From positions 150,606 through 214,605 of the forward strand of contig JBHLRP010000002.1 of NCBI GenBank assembly GCA_048882485.1: 64,000 nt of DNA. The letters are read 5' to 3'. Origin of the DNA: Candidatus Thorarchaeota archaeon. Its GTDB lineage: Archaea; Asgardarchaeota; Thorarchaeia; Thorarchaeales; Thorarchaeaceae. Shown here piece after piece: positions 36,564-47,069 of the stretch (positions within the stretch are counted from its first letter, which is position 1; the number at the start of each line of letters is the position of its first letter). The notes under the pieces are model-generated. The model was not told where the DNA came from. It searched no databases and saw only the letters and a list, made by a program, of their open reading frames with translations. Position numbers and translations under genes: made by a program.

Positions 36564-39450
36564 AAGGCGGAGGAGTGTAATCATCCGGTTGCGGCTCTGG
36601 CTGAAACTCTATGATTCTCCGTCGTTTTGGTTTTCTTCGGATAATTGCAACATAGAGGAGTGACACGCCTACCACGCCTAGCAAGCTGAAAGTCACCACA
36701 TTGATGAACAAATCATCAGCTGGGTCAAGTGGAACAAGAAATAGCTTGTTGAAAGTCTTGACATTGTCTTCAGCATCAGTAGCAACTATGGTGACCTCAA
36801 AGAAACCGCCGCTTGAAAGGATGAAATCTGTCGAATACTTGTATCCCAATGACTCTGTTATACTGCCTGTAATATCTTCACCATTGGGACCAATGATAGT
36901 GATTGTGACATCCACTAGGTCGTCATCGAACACATACGTTGTTAAATTCGCGAGCTCTCCTATGCGATCAGTATCTAGGTCCACATCATAGATGCGTGGA
37001 GTCGCAGATTGAATGGCACCAGCTAGATTCCTGAGCAGGTTCAGGTTGTCTGCCTCTCCACGAATAGCATCATACAGGATATCATCATACAGAGTGGAGC
37101 CATCAGAGATTACAATCACTTTTCCTTCACCTGATTCGGCAACAGCTACAATGGCTTCTGTCTTGGCAGCATCCAGCCAGAAGAGTCCCCTGGCTCCCGC
37201 CACAGACGTATCGACTTTTAGAGTACTCCCCCATAGGACGTAAAGATTTGAAACCCCGTCCATTAGAGGATCTGCTTCTACCGCTCCTCCGAAATCCTCT
37301 CCATAGAAGGCACCCGTGAATGTGTTAGGACCTTCCCCAATACCTTCTCTTAGGCATTCGATTCCATATGGTTCTAGAATTCTATTATAGTCAGCAAACC
37401 CAAATGAGGCCTGTCCAGTGGTTTCGTTGTAGTATTCGGAGAGCACAATAAGTGTCCCGCCCTGTTCTACAAAATCATGCAAAGCCTGAATCTCACCTGA
37501 GCCATAGGCTGTTTCTGTGTCCATGATCATGAAGGCTTCAGTTGTTGCCAGATCACTGAGCATTATGCTTGGCTGGTTAAAGAACGACTCTCCACCGAAT
37601 TGGTCCAAGACTACTCCCCGCTCTCGAAGATAGTCCTGAAAGTATCTGTATGCCGATGGGTCATCAATGTCCTCATCGTGATGAGCCATGTCAACAAGAA
37701 GCCGACCGCCATACGTAGTGATTGAGAACTCGATTTCAAGACTCGTGTGGTTCAATCCGCCAGAGGCAAGTTTCAGCTCTCCCGAATAATATCCTATTGA
37801 GCTGAGGGGAAGATCGCTCTGTACGTCGAGTCCGATTGGAAAGTAGCTGTAGCCGGTCCCGACCTGAACCTGGCTCTGTCCAGTTCTCACAAACTGACTG
37901 GCATTTCCTTCAACAATTATGTCTACAGTTCCTAGGGAATGAGTTGAGATGATGGTAATATTCTGGTCTGGTCGGTCCTCTCCCACAATCTGGACGGATG
38001 ATGTACCGGGCAAAGTGGGATACCTGCGAGGCGTCATCATTGTGAGTTCGCCAGAACCTGCGGCTATTATCTCAGAAGAAAGCGTGACATTCGGCAATCC
38101 CCACCCCTGCTCCATTGAGTCTGCTCCAAGGTCTGTCGCTCCGGCCATCACCGCAATCTTGGCTTCAGTTGGAGTGAGACCGGGATGCTTCTGTATCAAC
38201 ATGGCGAGAAGTCCAGCAACTTCCGGTGCTGACGCTGAGGTTCCAGACCACTGTGTATATAGCTCCCCATATTCAGCCAGTTCATAGATTGGATACTCAA
38301 GCGGATCGGAGTCAATCCATCGGGCTGATACAACCGATGAACCGGGCGCTACAACATCTGGCTTTGCATGAAGACCTAGGGGATCATTAATATTCCTCTC
38401 AACTGGCCCCCTACTGCTAAATGCTACTATTCCTGCTGAACCAGCAGAGGCTCCCACCGTTATTGCTTCTTGGGTAATTCCCGGCGTGTTTATTGTGAAC
38501 GAGGCGGGGCCTGAATTACCTGCCGCCACAACAACAGAAACTCCAGCAACCACTGCCGCTTTGATAGCCAAGACAGACGGCTCAACAATGAATTGACTCT
38601 CAGTCCAGGGGCCACCTAGACTAAGGCTGATGACATCAACTCCTTGGTCAACTGCGAACTCAATACCTTCTGCAATGACAGAGTCCGCTCCCGAACCGTC
38701 ACTTTCCAGTACCTTGATTATTAAGAGATCGGCTCCTGGAGCGGTTCCAGTAAAATTGCCTCCACTCGCCGCACCTGAACCTGCAGCGTTCGAAGCGACC
38801 ACGGTCCCATGTCCGTTGTCATCATAAGCATCGATTCCATCGCTCGGATTCATATCAGTGCCGAGTCCAATGAAATCTCTGAAACCTATTAATTGTCCCT
38901 GAAGATCGGGATGGTCTCCTTGGGCGCCGCTATCAAGTACAGCTATCGTTGTTCCATTGCCGTAATAGCCCTCTGCCCACATCTTCCCAGTATCAAGGGT
39001 TTCAGTAAAATGTTCATAATCTAGGTCCTGACTTATTGTGTGGTACTCAATGGGCTCATCTATCAATACCTGTTTCGTTGCATCCAGACAGATGCCTTGG
39101 ACGGAATAGAGTCTAGAGAGAGCCTCAATCTCGATCGGAGATGCATAAAGTGACACAGCCGGAATTAGATGAAACACATGACGCACTTCAATGCCATTTA
39201 GACCTAGGCTGGCAATTGCCACACTAATACTGCCGGTGGTAGTTCCTTCAGGGAAATATACCACAATTGGCAGCCTCTCTCCGGTTGATGCGTGGTCTAT
39301 TGCCGCTGCAAGGAATGGATCAATGATTGGATTTGTTGAAGCCACCTTCTTTTTAGCATCCACTAGAATCAAAGATGTTGGCATCAACAACGTGAAGATC
39401 AAAAGAACTGCAAAGAGTTTTGCTTTGTAGCTGCGATGGTATCTGTCCAT
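36553..39450 (-). CDS. membrane-anchored S8 subtilase with Site-1 protease (MBTPS1)-like C-terminal domain
   Basis: VLDSG / HGTVVAS / GTSASAPEVAG; EQGWG; MDTETAY...LIVLSEYYN; C-terminal TM; ATG 39450 gives a signal peptide. Confidence 0.85.
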   Translation of the reverse strand: MDRYHRSYKAKLFAVLLIFTLLMPTSLILVDAKKKVASTNPIIDPFLAAAIDHASTGERLPIVVYFPEGTTTGSISVAIASLGLNGIEVRHVFHLIPAVSLYASPIEIEALSRLYSVQGICLDATKQVLIDEPIEYHTISQDLDYEHFTETLDTGKMWAEGYYGNGTTIAVLDSGAQGDHPDLQGQLIGFRDFIGLGTDMNPSDGIDAYDDNGHGTVVASNAAGSGAASGGNFTGTAPGADLLIIKVLESDGSGADSVIAEGIEFAVDQGVDVISLSLGGPWTESQFIVEPSVLAIKAAVVAGVSVVVAAGNSGPASFTINTPGITQEAITVGASAGSAGIVAFSSRGPVERNINDPLGLHAKPDVVAPGSSVVSARWIDSDPLEYPIYELAEYGELYTQWSGTSASAPEVAGLLAMLIQKHPGLTPTEAKIAVMAGATDLGADSMEQGWGLPNVTLSSEIIAAGSGELTMMTPRRYPTLPGTSSVQIVGEDRPDQNITIISTHSLGTVDIIVEGNASQFVRTGQSQVQVGTGYSYFPIGLDVQSDLPLSSIGYYSGELKLASGGLNHTSLEIEFSITTYGGRLLVDMAHHDEDIDDPSAYRYFQDYLRERGVVLDQFGGESFFNQPSIMLSDLATTEAFMIMDTETAYGSGEIQALHDFVEQGGTLIVLSEYYNETTGQASFGFADYNRILEPYGIECLREGIGEGPNTFTGAFYGEDFGGAVEADPLMDGVSNLYVLWGSTLKVDTSVAGARGLFWLDAAKTEAIVAVAESGEGKVIVISDGSTLYDDILYDAIRGEADNLNLLRNLAGAIQSATPRIYDVDLDTDRIGELANLTTYVFDDDLVDVTITIIGPNGEDITGSITESLGYKYSTDFILSSGGFFEVTIVATDAEDNVKTFNKLFLVPLDPADDLFINVVTFSLLGVVGVSLLYVAIIRRKPKRRRIIEFQPEPQPDDYTPPPSIS

Positions 39451-39626
39451 ATGTGTGTCCGTCCAAGCGGAACTTTTCCGGTATTCAGATAAGGCTTTTC
39501 TTGAGTGCCAGATGGTAGGAATGCTCCCAGCTCGGCTATGCCGAGAAATGAGAGTATAACCGTTTTTGCGTAATATTAGGTGAGGATGGGTCAGGAAGAC
39601 TTGTCCTGAAAGAGGTGCTGTGTAAG

Positions 39627-39917
39627 ATGAGTACAAAACCGCGGATATACGAACGCCGACTTCAAATCAAACATTTCTTTGACGATCGGGACACCGGTGC
39701 AAAGAGAAGGACTTGGCTTGAGGTTCAGCTTCAACCCCCGGAAAAGACCGAAGAGGGTTGGGTTAATGATGGGAAAATCCGCATTTCATTGGGTGAGGAT
39801 CGCGATGTTAAGGGAGCTTTTCTTCTGAATATAGATGAGGCCAGCAGGCTGTTCAAGACCCTTGAAACAATCGTTGAGGACCATGAAAGGATGAAGGGCG
39901 ATCTCTGGAAGCGCTAG
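39627..39917 (+). CDS. hypothetical protein (possible PC4/Whirly-like fold)
   Basis: GAGGTG RBS; beta-strands followed by a C-terminal helix. Confidence 0.7.
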   Translation: MSTKPRIYERRLQIKHFFDDRDTGAKRRTWLEVQLQPPEKTEEGWVNDGKIRISLGEDRDVKGAFLLNIDEASRLFKTLETIVEDHERMKGDLWKR

Positions 39918-39928
39918 ACGCTCGGACG

Positions 39929-39960
39929 GTTCTGTCCCTAGATATTCTGTGGGACAGAAC
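39929..39960. terminator. hairpin downstream of the 39627 gene
   Basis: Perfect 10-bp stem GTTCTGTCCC/GGGACAGAAC. Confidence 0.55.
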
Positions 39961-40016
39961 GCCATGATTTTCTATTTCTATCTAGATACCCAGAATATAC
40001 TTATTCAGCGATTTTC

Positions 40017-41108
40017 ATGATATTCTCCAGCGTAACAGGAGGATATGCAATGGCCAATCCTAACTTCATCGCCGGCTTTCGTGCAGCCATAGACATCACA
40101 TATCCAGAGGTGGATGTTCTAGCAGTGACACCCTATGTCTTGCCGCTTCTTTTCATTGGAGTTGTCATTCTACTGTATCAGCGGCATTTGCCTCAAGATA
40201 GCGGTAGACGAAACATGTTGGTAGCGGCTGGCGGTGGGAGTTTCATCGCAGGGATAATCATACTTCTCTATGCATCATTCGGCGGCACACCATGGGTTCC
40301 GGGCCAAGACTTTGGAACATATGAGGAGGTCATGGGTGTGATTCAGATCATGACAGACCTGATATATGGAGATATCTTCATTGGAGCCCTTTACATGATT
40401 GTCCTGACGGTTGTATTTGGTGCTATAGCAAGCAAAGTGATCTCTCCTCCTGATCCAGACTTCGTGGCACTCAGAGATGTTCTCAAAGAAGCCCAGGACA
40501 AGATGAAATCCATGAAGGACGCTGTTCAGAAATTGGAGGGGGAGAATAAGGAGCTGAATGAGTTTCTCTCAGAAAAGGAAAATTCACTAACCGCATTACA
40601 GGGGCAATTGGATGCTATTAGGGAGGAAGTCGCCGAGAGAGAAAAAGCGATGAAGGCAATGGAGGCAAGTCTAAGCTCTGCGGGAATGAGCCCCGACCAA
40701 GAACAGGAGCTTTTGCAGACTATTTCAGTGAAAGACCAGACTATCAGTAATCTTCAGGCTGAGATTGAGATGTTGAGGGAGTCGGGCGCTGTACCAGGTG
40801 CTGTCGACGCTGATAGCATGGCAAAGCTACAGGACTATATTCGCAGAGCAGAAACAGCCTCAGAAGTGTCTGACAGTGTCATTTCAGACCTTGCTGAATT
40901 AATCTCTCAGGTTGAGAGCAGTTCATTAGATGTGTCTGCTCAGATTGCTCTAACTAGTCTAATCAAGACAATGGGAAGGGCGATGGGTAGAGTGTCTGCA
41001 CCCCCCAGCGGACTAGTTAAGGCAGAGCCCAAGATTGAGCTTATCGGAGCAGTAATGATAGCACATGAGATAGTCGATGGAATAAAGAAGATCAGCCGAG
41101 GATCCTAA
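40017..41108 (+). CDS. membrane protein with long cytoplasmic coiled coil
   Basis: Three TM helices followed by a heptad-rich region (LKEAQDKMKSMKDAVQKLEGENKELNE...). Confidence 0.8.
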   Translation: MIFSSVTGGYAMANPNFIAGFRAAIDITYPEVDVLAVTPYVLPLLFIGVVILLYQRHLPQDSGRRNMLVAAGGGSFIAGIIILLYASFGGTPWVPGQDFGTYEEVMGVIQIMTDLIYGDIFIGALYMIVLTVVFGAIASKVISPPDPDFVALRDVLKEAQDKMKSMKDAVQKLEGENKELNEFLSEKENSLTALQGQLDAIREEVAEREKAMKAMEASLSSAGMSPDQEQELLQTISVKDQTISNLQAEIEMLRESGAVPGAVDADSMAKLQDYIRRAETASEVSDSVISDLAELISQVESSSLDVSAQIALTSLIKTMGRAMGRVSAPPSGLVKAEPKIELIGAVMIAHEIVDGIKKISRGS

Positions 41109-41375
41109 TCTCCTAGCCTTGCTGCTAATCAAAATAAAGTCCTTTGAAACAAATATGCGTTCACGCTATTCTACAAATATGTAGCAATCCTTAATAGGAC
41201 CCTATTATCTTGCGATGCCACTCACAGCACATAGAGAACGCAATTGAGGAGATGTGCTTGTCGTAGACTGGCAGGTGCTTGAGGTATTTTTTGCCATAGA
41301 TAGAGGAATTCGTGAAAGAACCTGAGTCTATTGGTGGCGTTTTCTATTGACTGAGAATTTGAGAGGAAATAAATT

Positions 41376-44300
41376 ATGAACAACCTGAGAAAAGCTACGG
41401 TTGTGCTGCTTATTGCTACGTTGACACTCAGTATGTACGTCGTACCGTTTGCAGTCCTACCTAATGCCAAACCGCAGGTTACAGCACCAGAGGCGAGCAC
41501 TCCTCAACAAGTACTCGAAAACTGGAACAGGTATATCGAAGATGCTCCTTACTCTGTTCTGGACTCGGTGCTAGCGTCCTATAAGGACACAGGTGAAATT
41601 CCATTAGATGTGGCCATCAATGGAGCTGGCCATATCGGCGCTATTATCACTGTGTCGAAGGATGCAGACCTGACTAGCTTAGGCAATTTGGTTGACATTA
41701 TTTGGAAGGTCGATTTCAAAGCCGCGTACATCATGAGCGGTTATATTGATAGTCCCAGTAAAGTTGCTGAGCTAGAAACATTTGATGGAATCGTCAATGT
41801 CTTTGCTGATCGACTATTCAGGGACCGTCTTACCCCAGATGCTGAAACGGCATATCGGTCGGGAGGTATGGTGACCTCGTACGAGAGTCCTCCGGACGAT
41901 CGGCTGGATATGTATAAGGTCAGAGAAATCATGGGGGTCGACGATGCATATACCACATATGGTTACGACGGCGATGGAGTCCGAGTCGGTGTGATTGACA
42001 CAGGAGTTGACTTCGCGCATCCTGATCTAAAGGATGCAGTTGACTTTGATTCTGATGGTCTATCTACCAGCTTTGACTTTGGTGGTCTACAGATGGCCTA
42101 CCCAATGTATAGAGCGAACGCAACAAACGTGAATGCTACAGAATGGCTGGAATACTCATCCTGGAATCTACTCAGCTATGTAAACCAGACTACAGGGAAA
42201 ACCTACATCATGCAGACTTACCCTGATGGCGATCCTAGAATGAGAAATGGAACTATCTGGGATCCCTATGTGATGAGTCCATATGGCTTCGTCCATATGC
42301 ACGACTACTTCTTTGACGGCTACCTTGATCTCTGGTACTCTGAGGATGAATATGGTGTATACTCATTCGGCGTGTCATCGCAGGAGAACCTGACAGACTT
42401 CTACTACAGTGTAATGACCCAAGATATTGAACTCCCAGACCCCGCCATGACACAAGCCAACAACCTGCACAACGTTGACACTGGAAATGACATGGGACCA
42501 TATTACTGTGTGGGATGGGTCATGCAGCACCACTGGAATCCCTATATGAAGGTCTTCGCGCCCATGACAGTCTTGAATGGCGATGAGGGAATGAAGATCT
42601 ATGTCGATTGGAATACAACCAGAGCCTTTACCGAGTTCTGGAATTGGGTGATTTTTGGTGAGATGTATGACTTCAATGACCCTGCATCAGGAGCCTACTT
42701 CGAGGCACTCGGTGACTGGAGCTTTGCAGATGATGCTGCAAAGGGTCTTTGGTACAACACCACTGGTGGACTCATCAGCAATGACCATGCAGTTCTAGCC
42801 TACGACTATGATGGTGACGGAGTGGATGACTTCGGTCTAGGAGTCCTTGGCCATGGAATGGAAACCTACTTTGGCTTTGGACAGATCGATGGCTACGAAC
42901 TTGGCGGCAGATTTGTTTCACTGGTCTACGATGATGGCATGCATGGTACTGCCACTGCTGGCCTCATCGCTGGTCGAGGTACCAGGGAGTATCCTGTGGG
43001 ATTCAATGGCACATATGAGAGACTCTATGGTGTCGCCAATCAGAGCAAGATCTCTGCTATGGCGTCTGTAGGCCTCGGAGGGTCCTTTATATCACATCTT
43101 TGGGTATCCGGATTCGATGACTTTGATTACGATGGTACCTACGTATTTAACCCTGATAGCGAACACAAGATGCATCTTTCGAGCAACTCTTGGGGTTGGG
43201 TCATGGACCAGTTTGGTGAGTACTGGGGACTGTATTCATTAGTCTACCAATCATTAACTACACCCGGGTTCTTTGGTCCGGATTATGAAGGAACTGTATT
43301 CCTGTTCTCTTCTGGTAACTCTGGACCTGGATACGCGACTTCCACACCACCGAGTGCGTCCAACATCATCCATGTTGGTGCTACAACAAGCTTCCACTAC
43401 TTCAAGGATGCATATGGACTAGACCAAGGCTACAATCAGATAGCGGAGTTCTCGTCAAGAGGGCCATTCTCAAGCGGTTACATCAAGCCTGATGTCGTCG
43501 CACCTGGAAGGGATGGTTGGGCTCTAGCGCCTGACTACGGTTACTTCATCTGGGGCTGGCTACTACCTTACATCCCATTCTTTGATGGAGAGTTGTGGGG
43601 TAATGGCGGCTACTGGCTCTTTGGCGGGACAAGCATGGCCTGTCCGCTTGTTGCTGGTGTCGCGGCACTGATGTACGAAGCAGACCCAAGCCTTGCGCCT
43701 GATATGGTGAAGGCCATCCTGCAGAATACTGCTGACGACCTTGGATATGGTCCTGAGACTCAGGGTCATGGGCTTGTCAATGCAATGGCTGCAGTCGAGT
43801 TTATTGACGGCTTGGGAGGCAATGTATTTTACACCTATGATTCCGCTGCCCACTACGCAGATGTCATGTATGATGCCTGGGAAGCTGAAATGCGGCCATA
43901 CACGAGGAACACCGAGTTTGACATGGCAATGCCTGTTGACTTCGCTGATGGAAACCTCTTCTTCGGTTGGGTCAATGAGGGCGATGAGGTCATTCTTGAT
44001 CTGAAAGGAATGGACTCTCTTGGAACAACACTCACGTACTCCGACTTTACGTGGACCGCCCAGCAATACGTAGTGGACACTATCTGGACTGACACTTGGA
44101 CAACATGGGTCTACAATGAGACCACCTCAACTGGCAGTGACAATCTCATTAGTGGCTACTTCGAGCTAGCTACCGAGATGGATCCCACTTCCTATGCGAA
44201 CTTCCTGGCTGCACCATTCGCCACGATCATGATTGGCGGAGATCAAGCAGACTTCGGTCTTGATGAGCTATGGGCATTCTTGTTTGACTGGAACGACAAC

Positions 44301-46379
44301 GACCCTGCAAACGGTATTCCTGACTACTACAACTGGTCCACCAATGCAGGGAAAGAGTTGACCAGAATCCAGGAAGCAGGTAGCTATCAAGAGGGACCAG
44401 TCCTGAAGATGGACGTCGCTTCACCGACAACCATCGGCGATCTGTTTCCAAACAACCCAATAGTCATGGTCCATGACGAATATGTGCATGCAAACTCATC
44501 TGACAGCAACACAATCGAAGTGACCATCATCACTTGGCAGCTTACGGATGATACCAACATAGCTATTGGTTCGAACCCACAGAACACCCAGATCCTCGTC
44601 GACCTCGTGGTCGGTGCGGGCACAGATCCTGGTATTCACACTGGATTCGTAATGGCTGATAGCCATAAGATTCCATACAGCTATCTTGTGAAGGCACCAC
44701 TTGGAGCGGCTAATGTCTCCACAGTTGTTGCTAGCGGCTATGGCGATGTACTCACACCATACGAACATGGAGCAAGCTACGTCGATTGGGATGACTACTA
44801 TGAAGACAGTTCGACTGACCATCAGACGTTTGTCGTCACCGTAGATGACCCAACAGCAAGTTACCTGGGTGCTCGACTTGACTGGGTTGATCCTGATGCG
44901 AACATGGAGTTCTACATCCTAGATACCATGGGCAATCCATTGGGCTATTCTGGAGACGCAGCCAAGGACATCAGTACAACTACGTCAGCTGGGAACTTAG
45001 TGCCACTACCTGCAGACCCGCGGGGTGACTATCTGATCTTCATTAGAACAGATTATGTTACCGCTGCTCAGATGCCGATGCAGTTTGATCTCAGCGTCTA
45101 CTGGTACAATGTGATACCACAGGAAGAGCTGACAATAACATGGCGCTCGAAGGACTATCCGACGCAGGCAGTGGTTGAGGATGAAGACACCCTAACAGGT
45201 GACCACATCATTCTCAATGCGACCTGGGGCGGAATCGGTCTGGCTGGCTTCCCCGAGTACGAGATAGCAGACATCCAGATGCAGGTGCTAGCTGGGCAGT
45301 TTCTCGAGTTCGAGGGTGAAATGATCGTCCCCGACGATGTAGGCGCCCCATGGACATCTGGGATGCAAGGAATCCTCGATCAGTTTGTCTGGCAGTATGT
45401 GGACGTGAACCAGGGAGAGAATGTCAGGATCTTCGCGACAGACGATCCACTCGGTGATATCGACCTGTTCATCTACTGGGCGGACACTGACAACTCAACG
45501 TGGGACTATGAAGGAAACACTGGATTTGCAGACAGCTTGCAGAATCCAGGCAGTCCTGAGCAGGGATCATGGGTGGCAGACCGAACTGGCACTCTAGCCA
45601 TAGGCATATGGAACTTTGAAGGCGTACCTTCCCACTACTACGTGTCTGTGGATACTCGAGCGGGGCTCGAACCAACGAGGGTCTCCGGAAAGACATTCGA
45701 GATAGATACCTACGACATGCTCCGGAATGCGGAGGTTGGCGTGATTGTCACAAGCAGGACAGGCATAAACGTGGTATTTAGAGAGGAGTACACCCTTCAG
45801 GTCAACAACTTCTATGCTCCTGAGGTTGAGGTTCTCACACCCAACGGTGCTGAGGACTGGAGTGATGGTACCTTCAACATCACCTGGACAGTTTCGGATG
45901 TCAACGAGTTTGACGAGCATTTCTTCCAGATACGGTTCTCTAAGGACAATGGAACGTATTGGCAGACTCTCGGTACAAACATCGGACACTACGATGCAGT
46001 CAATGGCTGGTGGTACTACGAATGGACCACAACTGCTCTGCTTGCCTCGGATCTAGCACTAGTTCAGGTCATTGCCTTTGATAACGACACCACTTATGCT
46101 GGGATGCCAAGTCCGTTGGAGGCTGGTGTAAACATACCCAATCCATGGCCGATCCTATCTGGGTCTGACGTGAGCGATGCCGTGTTTGAACTTGGGAGTG
46201 GTGAATTACCACCTCCGGTAACTACACCACCGACTACACCTCCGACGACCCCACCAACAACACCTCCGACGACTCCACCACCACCACCACCTATCGATCC
46301 ACTATGGCTTGGTGTAATTGCGGGTGTCGGTGTTGGAGTAGTAGTGGTGCTGATCCTATTCCTAGTGAAGAAGAGGTAA
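41376..46379 (+). CDS. large pyrolysin-like S8 subtilase (1667 aa), membrane anchored
   Basis: VIDTGVD / HGTATAG / GTSMACPLVAG; large insert between Asp and His; TTPP linker; TM plus KKR. Confidence 0.92.
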   Translation: MNNLRKATVVLLIATLTLSMYVVPFAVLPNAKPQVTAPEASTPQQVLENWNRYIEDAPYSVLDSVLASYKDTGEIPLDVAINGAGHIGAIITVSKDADLTSLGNLVDIIWKVDFKAAYIMSGYIDSPSKVAELETFDGIVNVFADRLFRDRLTPDAETAYRSGGMVTSYESPPDDRLDMYKVREIMGVDDAYTTYGYDGDGVRVGVIDTGVDFAHPDLKDAVDFDSDGLSTSFDFGGLQMAYPMYRANATNVNATEWLEYSSWNLLSYVNQTTGKTYIMQTYPDGDPRMRNGTIWDPYVMSPYGFVHMHDYFFDGYLDLWYSEDEYGVYSFGVSSQENLTDFYYSVMTQDIELPDPAMTQANNLHNVDTGNDMGPYYCVGWVMQHHWNPYMKVFAPMTVLNGDEGMKIYVDWNTTRAFTEFWNWVIFGEMYDFNDPASGAYFEALGDWSFADDAAKGLWYNTTGGLISNDHAVLAYDYDGDGVDDFGLGVLGHGMETYFGFGQIDGYELGGRFVSLVYDDGMHGTATAGLIAGRGTREYPVGFNGTYERLYGVANQSKISAMASVGLGGSFISHLWVSGFDDFDYDGTYVFNPDSEHKMHLSSNSWGWVMDQFGEYWGLYSLVYQSLTTPGFFGPDYEGTVFLFSSGNSGPGYATSTPPSASNIIHVGATTSFHYFKDAYGLDQGYNQIAEFSSRGPFSSGYIKPDVVAPGRDGWALAPDYGYFIWGWLLPYIPFFDGELWGNGGYWLFGGTSMACPLVAGVAALMYEADPSLAPDMVKAILQNTADDLGYGPETQGHGLVNAMAAVEFIDGLGGNVFYTYDSAAHYADVMYDAWEAEMRPYTRNTEFDMAMPVDFADGNLFFGWVNEGDEVILDLKGMDSLGTTLTYSDFTWTAQQYVVDTIWTDTWTTWVYNETTSTGSDNLISGYFELATEMDPTSYANFLAAPFATIMIGGDQADFGLDELWAFLFDWNDNDPANGIPDYYNWSTNAGKELTRIQEAGSYQEGPVLKMDVASPTTIGDLFPNNPIVMVHDEYVHANSSDSNTIEVTIITWQLTDDTNIAIGSNPQNTQILVDLVVGAGTDPGIHTGFVMADSHKIPYSYLVKAPLGAANVSTVVASGYGDVLTPYEHGASYVDWDDYYEDSSTDHQTFVVTVDDPTASYLGARLDWVDPDANMEFYILDTMGNPLGYSGDAAKDISTTTSAGNLVPLPADPRGDYLIFIRTDYVTAAQMPMQFDLSVYWYNVIPQEELTITWRSKDYPTQAVVEDEDTLTGDHIILNATWGGIGLAGFPEYEIADIQMQVLAGQFLEFEGEMIVPDDVGAPWTSGMQGILDQFVWQYVDVNQGENVRIFATDDPLGDIDLFIYWADTDNSTWDYEGNTGFADSLQNPGSPEQGSWVADRTGTLAIGIWNFEGVPSHYYVSVDTRAGLEPTRVSGKTFEIDTYDMLRNAEVGVIVTSRTGINVVFREEYTLQVNNFYAPEVEVLTPNGAEDWSDGTFNITWTVSDVNEFDEHFFQIRFSKDNGTYWQTLGTNIGHYDAVNGWWYYEWTTTALLASDLALVQVIAFDNDTTYAGMPSPLEAGVNIPNPWPILSGSDVSDAVFELGSGELPPPVTTPPTTPPTTPPTTPPTTPPPPPPIDPLWLGVIAGVGVGVVVVLILFLVKKR
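46221..46292 (+). repeat. (TTPP)x5 + PPPP linker repeat
   Basis: Direct translation before the C-terminal TM. Confidence 0.9.
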
Positions 46380-46404
46380 GCCAAAGCGTACGACTCAGCT
46401 TAAA

Positions 46405-46434
46405 GGGGGCTTATGCCCCCATCCCCCCTTTTTT
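46405..46434 (+). terminator. hairpin plus oligo-T terminator
   Basis: GGGGGC-TTAT-GCCCCC followed by CCCCCC-TTTTTT. Confidence 0.7.
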
Positions 46435-46538
46435 CAATCCACAACTCAGAGAATTCCATGTTCTAATAGATGTACAGCCATCAATGCGGTTTAGAATGCG
46501 CATTCCCCATGTCACAAAAGAACTCGGTTGACTGAGCT

Positions 46539-47069
46539 CTAGAACTTCTCAGAAACTACTACAACGTCCAACGGTTTACGAGGTCGCATCTCTGGGGCAG
46601 ATCCAGCAATGAGGCCGATTGGGATTATCGCGACTGGTCTCATATTATTAGGAACATTCACGGCCTTTGCGGTAAGAGCTTCATCAAATGCTCCAATCCA
46701 ACAGGCACCATAGCCCTTCATATGGGCAGCGAGAAGCAGGTTCTGTGTCAACGCAGCGGTATCCTGGAGAACATAAAGTGTCTTGCCTCTCTTTCCGTAT
46801 CTCTCAGCAGATTCCTCAGGGACCGCGCATACAACAAGAACGACAGGTGCTTGGACAATGAACTTTTGATTGAGTGCAGCCTTGACTAGAGCCGCCTTTG
46901 TGTTCTTGTTTCTAACAATCACAACACGCCATGGCTGCCTATTCCCAGCAGATGGAGCACTGAATCCAACCTCTAGTATATCACTCACATTCTCTTCGCT
47001 AATATCCGTACTTTCGAACTTTCTAATTGATTGTCTGCTCCTCACAGCATCTAAACAGCTCTCATTCAC
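46539..47069 (-). CDS. nitroreductase family protein
   Basis: RQSIRKF, APSAGNRQPW, GYGACWIGAF. Confidence 0.92.
   Translation of the reverse strand: MNESCLDAVRSRQSIRKFESTDISEENVSDILEVGFSAPSAGNRQPWRVVIVRNKNTKAALVKAALNQKFIVQAPVVLVVCAVPEESAERYGKRGKTLYVLQDTAALTQNLLLAAHMKGYGACWIGAFDEALTAKAVNVPNNMRPVAIIPIGLIAGSAPEMRPRKPLDVVVVSEKF

Noticed and set aside
39451-39636. N-terminal extension of the S1P-like subtilase ORF
   Set aside because: It overlaps the divergent gene and promoter region; the signal peptide fits a start at 39450
46094-46384. Gly/Val-repeat minus-strand ORF
   Set aside because: Antisense reading of the TTPP linker of the large subtilase
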